Origin: Mytilus edulis | Taxonomy: Eukaryota | Length of the DNA stretch: 64,000 nucleotides | NCBI RefSeq assembly: GCF_963676685.1 | Contig: NC_092357.1 | Span: forward strand, 13,764,001 to 13,828,000 | Direction: 5' to 3' | In this document: positions 1 to 12,039 of the stretch, piece by piece | How the letters are laid out: every line of letters starts with the position of its first letter | Numbering within the stretch: position 1 is the stretch's first letter | Made by a program: the position numbers and the translations under genes | The notes under the pieces: model-generated | Seen by the model: only the letters and a program-made list of their open reading frames with translations | Told to the model about the DNA's origin: nothing | The model's database searches: none

Positions 1-679
1 AGTTGGGAAAGGGGGTTAATGTTCTCATTCCATAACAATATAGACCGTTTATCTGTAATCATTGCTTTTTTAGGGCCCAATATTATCTCTTCTGTGATTT
101 CAATCATTTATTCGTTCTTTCATTTGTTTGTTTTGATTTCTTTTAGCACAGTTCTCTCCAAGCTTGTTGTGTATGACCCATTTTTTAATTGTAAGATCAG
201 AAAATAATTATGGTGACAACTGTTTTATCAAAACGATAAACAATTGTTTTAATAAGTCGCTTGTAACATTTAACATATAAAAAGGGATGTTTTTGTTAAC
301 GACTTTTGAGTCTAAGTTAACCTTTTGTTTCTTCCCCCTCTCTTTGTCCGGAGGATTTCTATTTTGCCGAGTTTCAGAAGTATCTATTGAGGACAAGTGA
401 GTTTCGAGTTTACTAAACGAATATTCTAATATGACGTCCTTACTACGCTTTGTAAACAAAGCCGTGTTCTAATGAGCACAAAATATGTTTGACACATGCG
501 CACAAATGTACAGTTTATTTTAAAGTTATTTCCATCGTTATCCTATAAAATATATACATTCAAGTAGCTTACATGCATAAACTTTTATAATACATGTTGT
601 ATCGAACAACACATATTTACCCTGCTCTCGTATTTTTTAAAACTTATCAAAGATGAAATGCAATGTACAGAATCCTCGG

Positions 680-1903
680 CAGGGCCGTAACTAGCCACTT
701 CTAATAGTGAGGCAAAGTATATTTGCCGAGCGGAGCGAGTCGAAAAAATTTTGGCGAGGGGTCTGGGGGCCGCTAAAGGCCCCCAGAAGTTCTGAGAAAA
801 ATAACGCAAAATCGTGCATTCTGAGCGTTTCCCGGACTCTTTCTCACATAGAAACGCAATTAATTTTTAGCTATTTTTTCGACAATATTCTAGTCTCAAA
901 GCAAAAACATAGATTCATTGTAATTCAAGACTTTTAGGTTTTATGGACAAAATTAAAAGACCGATGTGTAGGATAAAGCAAAAGTTGTAATTCTCATAAT
1001 CATTAATACCGGATCTGTCTTGTCTGTCTGTCTGTTCTTTTCTTGTGTTATGCTTAGACTTTGGTGATTTTTTTATGACTAGATTTAGTCACAGTGCAGT
1101 ACAAATTATACTTTAAGTACTAGTACTGCTTAAGTTGACACTAGGGACCATCTTGATCCTGTTTTACGGTATTAATGATTCTTTTGTTGTTAAAGACCCT
1201 CCAGCAACCATTAATCATTAGTATTTTTTCTATGCATTGACTTAGTGTGCGATTAGGTTTCGTGCACATTTACTCCATATTCCTTTATTTTCTGTTAAAG
1301 GGTCTGAACATGATTTAATGCAAGTTTAACCCTTCAATGTAAAAGTCCTATGGCAATACTTTATTGTTTTTTTTTTCAAATTATTTGATACCGCGAAATT
1401 GGTGACCTTACTTTAATTTAAACCATGTCAGCTATCTAGTTTTATCTACCAAAAAAAGACAGTTTTGTACTCTTTGATATCAAGTTCAATTCTTCATGCA
1501 GAAACGATCATTTTTTTCTGTGACTTGTGTGTAGCATCGTATATTCTTAAAATATTTTCTCGCACAATATCTGGACATGCAACATTGCAAAACCACACTT
1601 AACAAATGAAAATCAACACTCAGACTAGTCATTAAGTAGGACAATAAATGAACAAAAGACAAAACCGGGACACAGAAGTACAAACAATAGACCATCAACT
1701 CTGAAAACTAAAAGAAAAATAGAAACATGGATCACGAAAAACATGCAGGGGCGACACCAGAGAGTGAAGAGAACTTGCTTCTTGCTAGACACTTTCTGTG
1801 AAAACAATTTGATATTAAGACAATCTTTTGTTTCATTTTTTTTTGGTTGAAATTTCTAACATGAGGCATTTGCCTCATTTGCCTCAATGTAGTTACGGCC
1901 CTG
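680..1903. mobile_element. Non-autonomous hAT-like DNA transposon (MITE) with 5-bp TSD
   Basis: Terminal inverted repeats CAGGGCCGTAACTA (680) and TAGTTACGGCCCTG (ends 1903); direct repeat CTCGG at 675-679 and 1904-1908; no coding capacity. Confidence 0.8.
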
Positions 1904-4059
1904 CTCGGATAGGAAACGGGAACAGCTAAACATTTTTACGGTATTTTCTTACGATTCGACCTATAAAAACTCTGTATTTGTCCTATTAGAATCGAAATAA
2001 TTCCTTTGTGTCATGCTAACGCTCAGTATAAAATATCGACAAATATAATGCCAACCCATGTTAAAATGAGCATAGAGCATGACTTGAAGGAATTATTTCT
2101 TAATTTGATTTCTAGTTCATGGACAAGGTTTACGTGTGAGAGTAAGACAATTGACTTATTGATAAATATTTAACCCAAGGAAGAAAAGATGATTCCCAAA
2201 AATAAAATACGTGAAACTTACATAATTATTTCGTTTTAGATAAAATGTTTTATGAAATGAACGTCCTAAATGAAAAAAGGAAGATAAGAAATGTTCTTAT
2301 GATAGAAGGGTAATCTCCCTTGACAAATATTTTAAATTGATTTATTTTTACTTTTTGGAAAAAAAGACCTCTTTGGATTTAGTTATTCATTATAGAAAAA
2401 GCAAATAAAGCAATGATTTCACTACAGAGTTGAATCAACATTACATTATCTGGTCGTCCTTTAAATAGTAGTAATTCTGCACTCTATAACGAATCTCTTA
2501 AGTGCACATCGTAAGATTATTCATATCATTTGGCATTTCCAGTCACTGCAGAGTAAAACCCATACCGTATAGTATGATTTTTTTAGGAGCGTAGGGAGTA
2601 AACTGCTCCCTTAACATAACTTCTGTAGTAGATATAATTTGAACAGTCAGATAAATTATACCAGACACAATGATTAACATCAATCCCGCTCGTTCCTCTG
2701 TGTACATAACTATAACACAAGGACTTAAATAAGTAGAGCTTTTATAATTCTAAATATCAATTTAAATTATAGGAAATATTAGGTTTAAAACTTTTTAAGG
2801 ACAGATAGCTAAAACATGTATGTGTACTGCAAATATTTATAGGGGTCAATAGTGGATGTACAGAATATAGAACAAAGGACAAAATGTTAAGATCAATCGG
2901 CCAACACATCATGCACATACACACATGAAAAAAAAAATCGGCTTAAAAATTGATACTAAGAGAAATAAAGAATTAACATCGACTTCCTCGTTCATATTGG
3001 ACCAAATAAGGATTATTCATATACAAACCCTCGATAAGATATTAATACCCAATCCTGTTAGGAAAACACTTGTCTCTTTTTCAACATTTTCTCTTTGCGT
3101 AAAACCACACATTAAACATACCGTTCGATCAAAATGAATTGGAGTACAATTCAAAGTCGGTAGAATATCTATATCAAAATAGTGAATTTAAAATATCAAA
3201 AATAAGAATAACTATAAGAATAGAATTAATTGGCGAACTATGAAATTTGTTAGTCAAGTTTAGATAAATTATGAGGACTGGTTTTGAATACCAAAGAAAA
3301 AAGTAAAATAACAGGTTCAAAGTTTTGGTTTTATGACTAAACTTCAATAAGAAAAAAAGTCTCGACCGCAAAGTTTCTGTCCACACTAGATACACATGTA
3401 CATTTTACAAGATGTGCAACTGCCAAAGGCTGTCCAGACTCAAAAACCTTGTGTCTACTCATGATACAAATGATAGCTAATAGTATAAGGTTGCATGAAG
3501 CCAAAAACTCTAGAGTCGATTTCCGTTAACAAACAAAAAACAACATATTTTTAGTTTCTTGTGTATATATCAGAGTTGAGTGTTACGTTCATTATCACTG
3601 AACTGGTATACATTTTTGTTAAGAGACAAGCTGAAGCACGCCTCCAGGTGCGGGAGTTCCTCGCTGCATTGAATACGCATTAGGTATTCGGCTGTTGTCT
3701 GCTCTTTGGTCAGGTTGTTGTCTTTTTGACACATTCCCCATTTCCATTCTCATTTTTATTATGACTAAGATTGGTCGTAAGTCATGTGCAATTTAGCATA
3801 ACAACGATCGATCCAGGTACAAAATTGGGCTATGTTTACTCTGCATCCTCTATACGTAAAAAAGGTCCTTCCGGTAAAGCACAATATACAAAGGATAGAC
3901 AATATAGTAAGGATGCTTTATCTCAAAGACTCTAGTGGGTCAATTGATGGAAAGTTACCACTGATGAACAAAGTTTTGGTTTTGTAATCCTTTCCCTCCC
4001 CTCTCGCGGTCATTCAAAAAAAGTTCCTACGACAAAAATTTACAATATTTTGATGTTAA

Positions 4060-4296
4060 GGCGGTACCTACCACCTTGACTACAATTAATTTGGCTCGTT
4101 TGATTTTCATAATATAAGGAAAATTTCAAAAAAATTGAACCAAACACATTATTGGAAAGAAGTAATTCGATATATAGCAGTTTGACAAACACTAATTTTG
4201 ATCATTGAGAAGCTTCATATTTTCTTTACAAGAGAACGTAATTATAACGTTCAGCTGCTTTTACAGAGTTATCATCCTGAAGTGTTATGTACCACC
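4060..4296. mobile_element. Short TTAA-flanked MITE (Kolobok-like)
   Basis: TTAA|GGCGGTACCTA ... TATGTACCACC|TTTA; imperfect TIRs; a related end begins at 61415 (TTAA|GGTGGTACCT). Confidence 0.5.
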
Positions 4297-6732
4297 TTTA
4301 GTTAAATTATTTTAAAAGCCCTCGATATTTGTCGAAAAAGCGAGACAGAGCGATCCTTCATGTGCATTCCGTCGTCTGCGTCGGCGTTCTTGGTGGCAGC
4401 GTCCATTATTAATCACTCTGTGGTTAAAGATTTTGAAATTTTAAGATCAGATTTAGACATTCAAGAGACATACGGAAATAAAAAAAAGTAGTACACATTT
4501 TTTCTATCTGTAAATTTCTGTGGTTTCATAATTATATTTAAACAACAGTATCGTTCAGAAATACACAATATTGGGCAATGCAAACATACATGTACTACAT
4601 TTTAATTTTGTTACTCATGGCAACCGTTTCTACAATAATCTGAAACATTATGGTATGTCCATATTGAATAAGCTTGAATTAGTAGCAAATGTGTTGTTTA
4701 CATGGGGGGGGGGGGGGGGGGGAGGGAACAGTGCATCATTTAAATATTTGCCTGTAGCAAGTCAGGAATATGACATTAAATTTTGTTATCCATTCGTATG
4801 ATATGTTTGAGCTTTGGGTTTAGCCATTTGCTAACTGACTTTTCGTTTAGAATTTTCCTAGGAGCTCTGTATTTAGGTTATTTTACTTATAAGCATATGC
4901 ACATCTTTGAAGTTTAGAAGTGTATTTATATCTGTCAATGAAACGTATAAAACGGTTAAGATTATTTTAATTTATTTAATTCAATCCAGGAATGGTCATG
5001 TAGAATTCTGAAATTACAAAAGATTTAGATATGATTAATTTATAGTTACTTTGTGGTCAATATATCACAAGTTTTCCTCGTAACACGAACAATTTTTTTT
5101 TTATCACAAATGTGTCTTTAGAAAATATGTTTTTCAAAATTAAATATTAATTTAGTACAAATACACCAACAATCATTTCTTTTGTTGCATCACAAAACAG
5201 ATCAAAACAAGATAGTTCCATTGTCTAGCTTGCTTTTATATCCGAATTATAAAAAGTGTAATTTAAATAATAATATCAAATATCAATCAATTCGCCTTTT
5301 CAGAATCTAACGGATTATTGGTAATATATCTGTTCGTACACATGTGATAGCCAACGCTTAGTACGTTGAATCCTATACTCTGGCCTATAACTATTTACTG
5401 TCATTGAGACTCAGAGTCGTCTCATTGGCACTCGTACCACTGCTCTTTCTTTCTACCTAAAGGACAATTCACTTATGTTTACATTGCTGAATGCATCTTC
5501 CCATGCTAAATCCATAATTTCCGTAGGACAATGCAAAAAATCCTGAAAAAAGAACAGGCTAATTTATCATTTGAGATATCATTACATTTCTGATGATGTG
5601 TTGTTTTTTTTTTATTAACGTAAAACGGTTATTGATGCATCGAAAATTATCTTTTTTTGAGATAATTATTCCAAATATATTGTTGCAAGTTTAATATGAA
5701 ATTGACTAAAATCAAAACAAGCAGTATTGAAAGTAGAAAGTGGTCTTTAATGTTTGCATCACACGTTAGTTTTTTCTCTATCCAAAAGATGGGTAAAGTA
5801 TATTTTATACAAGTTTTTTTTCTAGAACGGTGATAATAATTGTAAATTGTTGTCGTCATAGAATAATCAAAATAAACAAAAGCATAACATTTATTTGATT
5901 GTTGATGTTAAAATATAATTTTGAAATTGAGTTTTCTGAAAACGAAGCGTTAGCTACGTAATAATAAAAGACGTTTACCTTGTTCATTGCATTTCCCGTG
6001 ACAATCTGGAATATATTAATTTTATCTTTTTAATCATTTCCTTGTCGACTGGTTCTTTTCAATAATACTTTTTATGAGATTTTAGAAGCTTGTTTATCAT
6101 TGTCAGTTTTGTATATCATTCGCATAATGTCTACACAACTAAACGACATATACACACATGTAACATTATTCTGAAAGAAACCAGGCATATAATGTAGACA
6201 ATCGTTTCTTTGTAATAAGTAAGATCATCAGTGACGCTCAAATCACAACAACATCAAACCCATACAAAAGACATAAACAATAACGAAATATCATATCCAA
6301 TATTTTGTGTGTAATACCGTCGATGACTTATACTAAATAGTTTACTTTCAATAATACTTTGATGGAGAATAGTTTCATTGGCACTCATACCACATTTTCA
6401 TATTCCTACCTAAAGGATAATTCACTTACATTCTATACGTTTATTTATCTGCTTCACTTTTGCAAAGTCGGATATTGAACTTCCTTCTTCAATAGCTACG
6501 TAAAAATGAAATTACTAATCATTTGATTTAGTATCACTTTTCTGATGATGTTTGTGTATTTGGTTGCTGCTAACCTAACTCGTTTATTGATGTTTTGAAA
6601 ATAATCATTTTTCTAGATAATACGTACGTCAGAGTATATTGTTGCAACATAAATTATGTGCAAATATAATAATGACTAAAATCTGTACACTTTTAGACTT
6701 CTAAACAAGAATGATAAAAAAAAATATCAGTT

Positions 6733-8330
6733 TAGGTATCCAATACAGTGATGGAAGATCCAGCTCATCATATTTGGTTGAAATTCCAAAGGAATATAGC
6801 ACGAACAGACCTATGATTATCCAGGATTTCCTCTTTGGTATGTGTCGTTAGGGTATATGTTGGGTTTCCAAGTGATTTGTCAATACCTAATTCGTTTATC
6901 AAGCAGTTAATGTAATGAGTTTTACACACAAAAACGATGTTGTTTGGGGCTTTATCTGCAAGGACAACAACATATTTGTCGTGAAGGTAGGATAAGTGTT
7001 TTGCAACATTAGGGTCTTTAAATATTGACGTAGCATGGGCATTGGTAAACCCATTCAGTTTCTTGATACTGATTTGTATCAACGACCGCACTGCCTTAAT
7101 CCATTTGGAAAGAGCGGATACGTCTTCCTTCTCACGCTAACCCATTGCCTGGCATAATCCTCGACTGAATACATAAAAATTTTAAAGCTGTATTTCGAAT
7201 TGATGGATTTTGGCTCACAATATTATGGACCTTTCGATAACACATTTTGAAGGGAAGTGTTATTAACAATGTTGAGGTCATCGGTAATAACATGGCCAAT
7301 CGAATTATATGTGAATTGGGAACTAGCACAAGTGCAATCAGGAGGTTTAGACTTGAAGTCGTCCATACTGAGATCCTGCAAGACGTGTTTGTAATTGAAA
7401 ATTTTAGTTGCAATATGTTTGGTATAGGTATAAGAAATGATTGATACATATTGGTCTTTGAAATAAGGAGGTATTTTCGATTGAATTAATTTATGATATT
7501 GCCTAAGTTGACGCCATCGAGACCTTTGTTGGCGAAGGAAAGATTAAGGTTCATGTGGACCCTATGGCTAAAATGGTCGTATTTTCACCTCACAATTTAC
7601 TCAGAGTACAGACAAACCTGTGCATCTGTAAAAAATTTCAGGCATAGCATGCCCTAGATAAATAAATTTCAAATATGTTTTATGTTTTAGAAAAATAAAA
7701 ACTTACCAGGATTTTGCCGTGCATTTTTTTTTTATTCCTTCAGAAGGTGCCAAAATAAACTAAGTTGGGAAACAGTTTTGAGAACTTCCCCACAGGTAAT
7801 AATTGAAGTGAGCAGTATTGAATGACATGGACATTACACGGACAATATTTACATGACAATAATTGGTTATTTAAACTGTGTACCTGAGTGGACCATATCA
7901 AGGTAAACTCAACTGTTTGTTAATTTTATTATCTTCTGCAGGGACGAAAAAAAGTGTACGGCAAAATCCAGTTAAGTTATGAATTTTCTAAATCATACAA
8001 TGCATTTGAAATTTATTTATCTAGGGCATGCTATGTCTTGAAACGTTTCTAGATGCACAGGTTTGTCTGTACTCATAGTAAATTTTGATGTGAAAATACG
8101 GCCATTTTAGCCATAGGGTGCACATGAACCTTAAGGAAAGATCTTTTCTCTTTTTGGAACACATTTCCCTTTTTAAAAAGGTTATCAAGGATCGATATGG
8201 AAATTCTATTATCATGATTATATTAAATTCTTGGTTTAATAATACAAAACAATTGAGGTCTCATTTTTTTAATAATTTAGTTGTTTTATATACTATTTTA
8301 TATAAATATTAATAGAAAAAAACATTTACT
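6733..8330 (-). mobile_element. Penelope-like retroelement fragment (region N-terminal to the RT core), interrupted by a MITE
   Basis: Minus-strand translation gives HDKYVVVLADKAPNNIVFVCK (ORF 6768-7091) and ELDLPSLYWIPK near 6735-6770, typical of PLE reverse transcriptases; frameshifted; the 8330 boundary is approximate. Confidence 0.75.
7548..8130. mobile_element. Foldback MITE with TTAA TSD (Kolobok-like), nested in the PLE fragment
   Basis: TTAA|GGTTCATGTGGACCCTATGGCTAAAATGG ... CCATTTTAGCCATAGGGTGCACATGAACC|TTAA; inverted repeats extend more than 130 bp; GG...CC termini. Confidence 0.85.
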
Positions 8331-8764
8331 GCATTATTAACTAAAGTCTAACTGACACCATAAATCTATACTAGCTTAAGTTAATGGTGAAAAAAGTCCA
8401 GTTAGCATAAAATACTTCAGAAATATTCATAAAATTTTGAATAATATTGAAAATATTAGTCACAATTCATTGTTTAGATTATTTGATCACCTTGTTTTAT
8501 TTGTATTTTAAGGTTGATATATATTATTATGTAAGTGTTGATTAATATTGTGTTGAAGTTATTTTATGATTGATTATTGTGAAATTTTAATTTCAATACC
8601 ATGGCGTTGTCAGTTTGTTTTAGATTTATGAGTTTGACTGTCCCTTTGGTATCTTTCGTCCCTCTTTGATTACATTTTTAATATCAAGTTGTTGTTCAAA
8701 TTTCATTTTTATTAAAAATATTTCCTAAATTGATAAAATTCAGTTGATAGATACAAAGAATAGG

Positions 8765-9000
8765 TCTAGGTTGGTTAAGACTTGGTCGAGTATGGTTCAG
8801 ACTAGGTCGAGTATGGTTCAGACTAGGTTGAGTACGGTTCAGACTAGGTAGAGCATGGTTCAGACTAGGTCGAGCATGGTTCAGACTCGTATAAAATAGT
8901 TAAGAACTGGTCAAGTACAAATTCAGACTGTTAAGTATGGTTCAGACTACAGTCGAGTATTATCAAATAAATTGCAGACCAATTCAGACTGGTGGAGTAA
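8765..9000. repeat. 21-bp tandem repeat (GACTAGGTCGAGTATGGTTCA)n, decaying 3'
   Basis: Units start at 8779, 8800, 8821, 8842 and 8863. Confidence 0.9.
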
Positions 9001-9447
9001 AAATCAGTACAGTCAAGTACAGATATAGGCCATTTCAGACTTTGACTGGTTTGTAGTGAATGCGGACTGGTTTGAAAAGTCTGTGACTTGCAATATCCGA
9101 CATTATAGCTGTAAGTTTGTATTGGTTTGAATGAGGGTTTGTAACATTGGTTTTCAAACATAAATTGAACATAGAAAGGCCACCAATGGGTCTTCAATGT
9201 AGCGAGAAACTCCCGCATCCGAAATTGTGTTTAAAGTTCAGATTTATTTATGTTCATGCTAATAACGTTTGTTTAATATGCCATGTATTACTCAAGAAGT
9301 CAGGATTTGTCAATTGTGTCTCATTCGTTTGATGTTGGTTGATCTTTTGATTTTGCCATTTGATTAGGGACGTTCGGTTTGGAATTTTTCTCGGAGATCA
9401 ATACTTTTGTGATTTTACTTTTCGCATACATTTTTGTATTCACAAAT

Positions 9448-11572
9448 AGACATGTTGACCATAAGCCGATACCGAAACCGAAACAGAAACCGATACTGAA
9501 ACCAACAATAGTAGTGGGGTATAAGATAAATGTTCATAATGTTAATTAACTCAACCATTTGAACTCCATTATATTGTTTGAAATTTGAATACACTAGATT
9601 GAGTACTAGTAATACTTCAAAACTATTAGTTATTTGATATACTAAGAATTTTCTTATCCCAGGCATAGATAACTTAAGCCGTTTTTGGCACAACTTTTCG
9701 GATCTTTGGGTCCTCAATGCTCTTCAACTTTATACCTGTTTGTCTTTTTAATTATTCTTATGAACACGAAACGCGCGTCTGGGTTATCAAATTATAATCC
9801 TTGTACCTTTCATTACTATGTATTTCAATTCATAGTTTCACATGCATCTTTCAAAAAAACAAACTTAAATTCAACAATTATTGGTATCGTCGTAGGGAAA
9901 TCTTCACATAGTCTACAATAGGTGCAATATTGTTCCGACAATGTCTACAAAGAGAACCTTATATTTTATAAATCTCCCTTCGTCTGATGGAATGTTCTAC
10001 ATTAACTCTTCTTGCACGAATCTTTTCATTGAAACATTTATGTTATTTTGGATTTTTTGCATTTTGATTGCGTAGCTTCCTTGCAGTATATGAGTAGAAA
10101 TATGATTTTCAGATGGATATCGCCAATTAAGTGACAATCACGAGGAAACGAAAATATCTCGTGTGGACCGATCGCATTCATCAACATGTAAGTCATTGCG
10201 TCATTTATATGATCCAGGAAACCAGATTTGATGTATTTTATTTTCTTTTCTATGTCTATTATGACTTGCGTATTAATACAGTGTATATGCAAATGTCCAC
10301 TATAAGACAATGCCCATTTTTTAGTTGGGCAATTTATTCTTCCGGAGGTGCCATCAATAGATCCAAATATCTCTTTAAATTCCCATTCTTCAGTTTTTAT
10401 TATTAATCTGAATGCTTCATGAACAATTTCAGTGAAAGCTTTACGAATTAAAGTTCAAATCAAAAATCAAAGCCATTAGTTCAAATGTGATGTAACATCT
10501 TAACCAAATCAAAACGATAAAATGTTTATTATACGTACCGCTCCTTTATTCCTCTGTCTTATTCTCTCATTTTTATGTATTTTATTAAATTTGAATCCAC
10601 ACCTTAATTGTATACAACTTGCGTTAGTGTATTCAATATCTAATACTCAGTGATAGATTCATGTAAATTGTTGAATTGAAGTAATACTCCATCAAGTGTA
10701 TTCAAATGTCACTCAATATATAATGAAGTAACAGGGTTAGATTAATCAAACATTATAAATATTTACAAAAGAGGGACGAAAGATACCAAAGGGACAGTCA
10801 AACTCATAAATCTAAAACAAACTGACAACGCCATGGCTAAAAATGAAAAAGACAAACAGAAAAACAATAGTACACATGACACAACATAGAAAACTAAAGA
10901 ATAAACAACACGAACCCCACCAATAATTAGGGGTGATCTCAGGTGCTCCGGAAGGGTAAGCAGATCCTGCTCCACATGTGGCACCCGTCGTGTTGCTTAT
11001 GTGATTACAAATCCGGTAAATAGTCACATTCATGAAAGGGAAGGGGATTGTAGTTACGACGTAAGGAACATATCCGATATCATTTGTGAAACGGTTATTC
11101 CATAACGGTCAACCAACTCGTGATGGAGTCCGTAAAATTTACGAAGGGATGATTTCAACTTCACCATTTGGAACTCTCGGTTTAATAGCTTCCTTGTGAG
11201 CAGTAACCCTCTATCAAGAAAATCATGATAGGAAATGCAAGCACTGGAATATCGTATCAATTGGGAGATATATACCCCGTATGCAGGTGCTGCTGGGATG
11301 TTGCTACTTAGAAATGGAAAGTTCACAATTGGAAAGCTGAAATCATCTCTTTTATCGTAAAGTTTTGTTTTCAACCGACCCTCATTGTCAATTTATAGAT
11401 GTAAGTCAAGACATGTAGCCGACTTAACCGTATCTGTAGTATCCGTTATCTCCAATTCGATTACAATTTACCTCACTACTATTTTTGGTTTCGGTATCGG
11501 TTTTGGTATCGGTTTCGGTATCGGTGTCGGTTTCGGTGTCGGTTTCGGTATCGGCTTATGGTGAACATGTCT
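9448..11572 (-). mobile_element. Decayed PIF/Harbinger DNA transposon with DDE_Tnp_4-type transposase remnant
   Basis: TIRs AGACATGTTGACCATAAGCCGATACCGAAACC... / ...GGTTTCGGTATCGGCTTATGGTGAACATGTCT with subterminal CCGAWA hexamers; 3-bp TSD AAT (9445-9447, 11573-11575). Minus strand reads YSGHLHIHCINTQVIID...SGFLDHINDA...LIGD (ORF 10038-10310) and, in another frame, KIRARRVNVEHSI (~9980-10025), matching Harbinger nuclease motifs. Confidence 0.8.
10767..11461 (-). mobile_element. Penelope-like retroelement 3' fragment (RT C-terminus plus 3' tail) nested in the Harbinger element
   Basis: ORF 11054-11374 KLYDKRDDFSFPIVNFPFLSSNIPAAPAYGVYISQLIRY, followed by the family tail ending ...GGTATCTTTCGTCCCTCTTTT. 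Confidence 0.85.
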
Positions 11573-11859
11573 AATAATAAGTAATCAAGTAATATAACTC
11601 TTCTTAAAGATTTAGAGAATTAAATACATTACAAAATTATCTGTTTCCTTTATATATTATTCCGAAGTCCATTATGATGTGAACAAGCCCCTACTCTTTA
11701 CATGTTATTACCAGTAGACTCTACAAATGCACGTAAATAATTAAATCAAACGTCCAAAGTCATCATCAAATTAAACAGTCATTTGCGATTTGTAGATAAG
11801 TAGTTACAACATTTTCGCCTCAGTGCATTTTCACTGTTTTATTTACTAGTTAAGCACAT

Positions 11860-12039
11860 TTCTGGTTGACATGATTGATGTCGTGTCACTCTATTTTCAG
11901 CCAATGACTTGAATTATATAAAATATGGTTTATAGTTTTGAATAAATAGTCTAGATCACTGTCTTATCATTATATTTAAGTTTAGATATTGGAACTATCT
12001 TGTAGTACTTTACTGACATCCTATATTTGTGATTTTACC
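11860..12039 (+). promoter_or_regulatory. Putative proximal promoter/5' UTR of GH128 copy 1 (block conserved upstream of copies 1-6 and 8)
   Basis: CAGCCAAT (CCAAT 11901-11905), TATAAA 11917-11922, then TCTAGATCACTG-TCTTATCA...ATTGGAACTATCTTG, recognisable upstream of each copy. Confidence 0.6.

Noticed and set aside
4704-4726. Long G run as a functional G-quadruplex or Gly-rich ORF (4571-4801)
   Set aside because: Simple homopolymer with no supporting context.
19-6700. Short ORFs of 60-100 aa here and throughout intergenic DNA
   Set aside because: Low-complexity AT-rich or repeat-derived translations without recognisable motifs or splice support.
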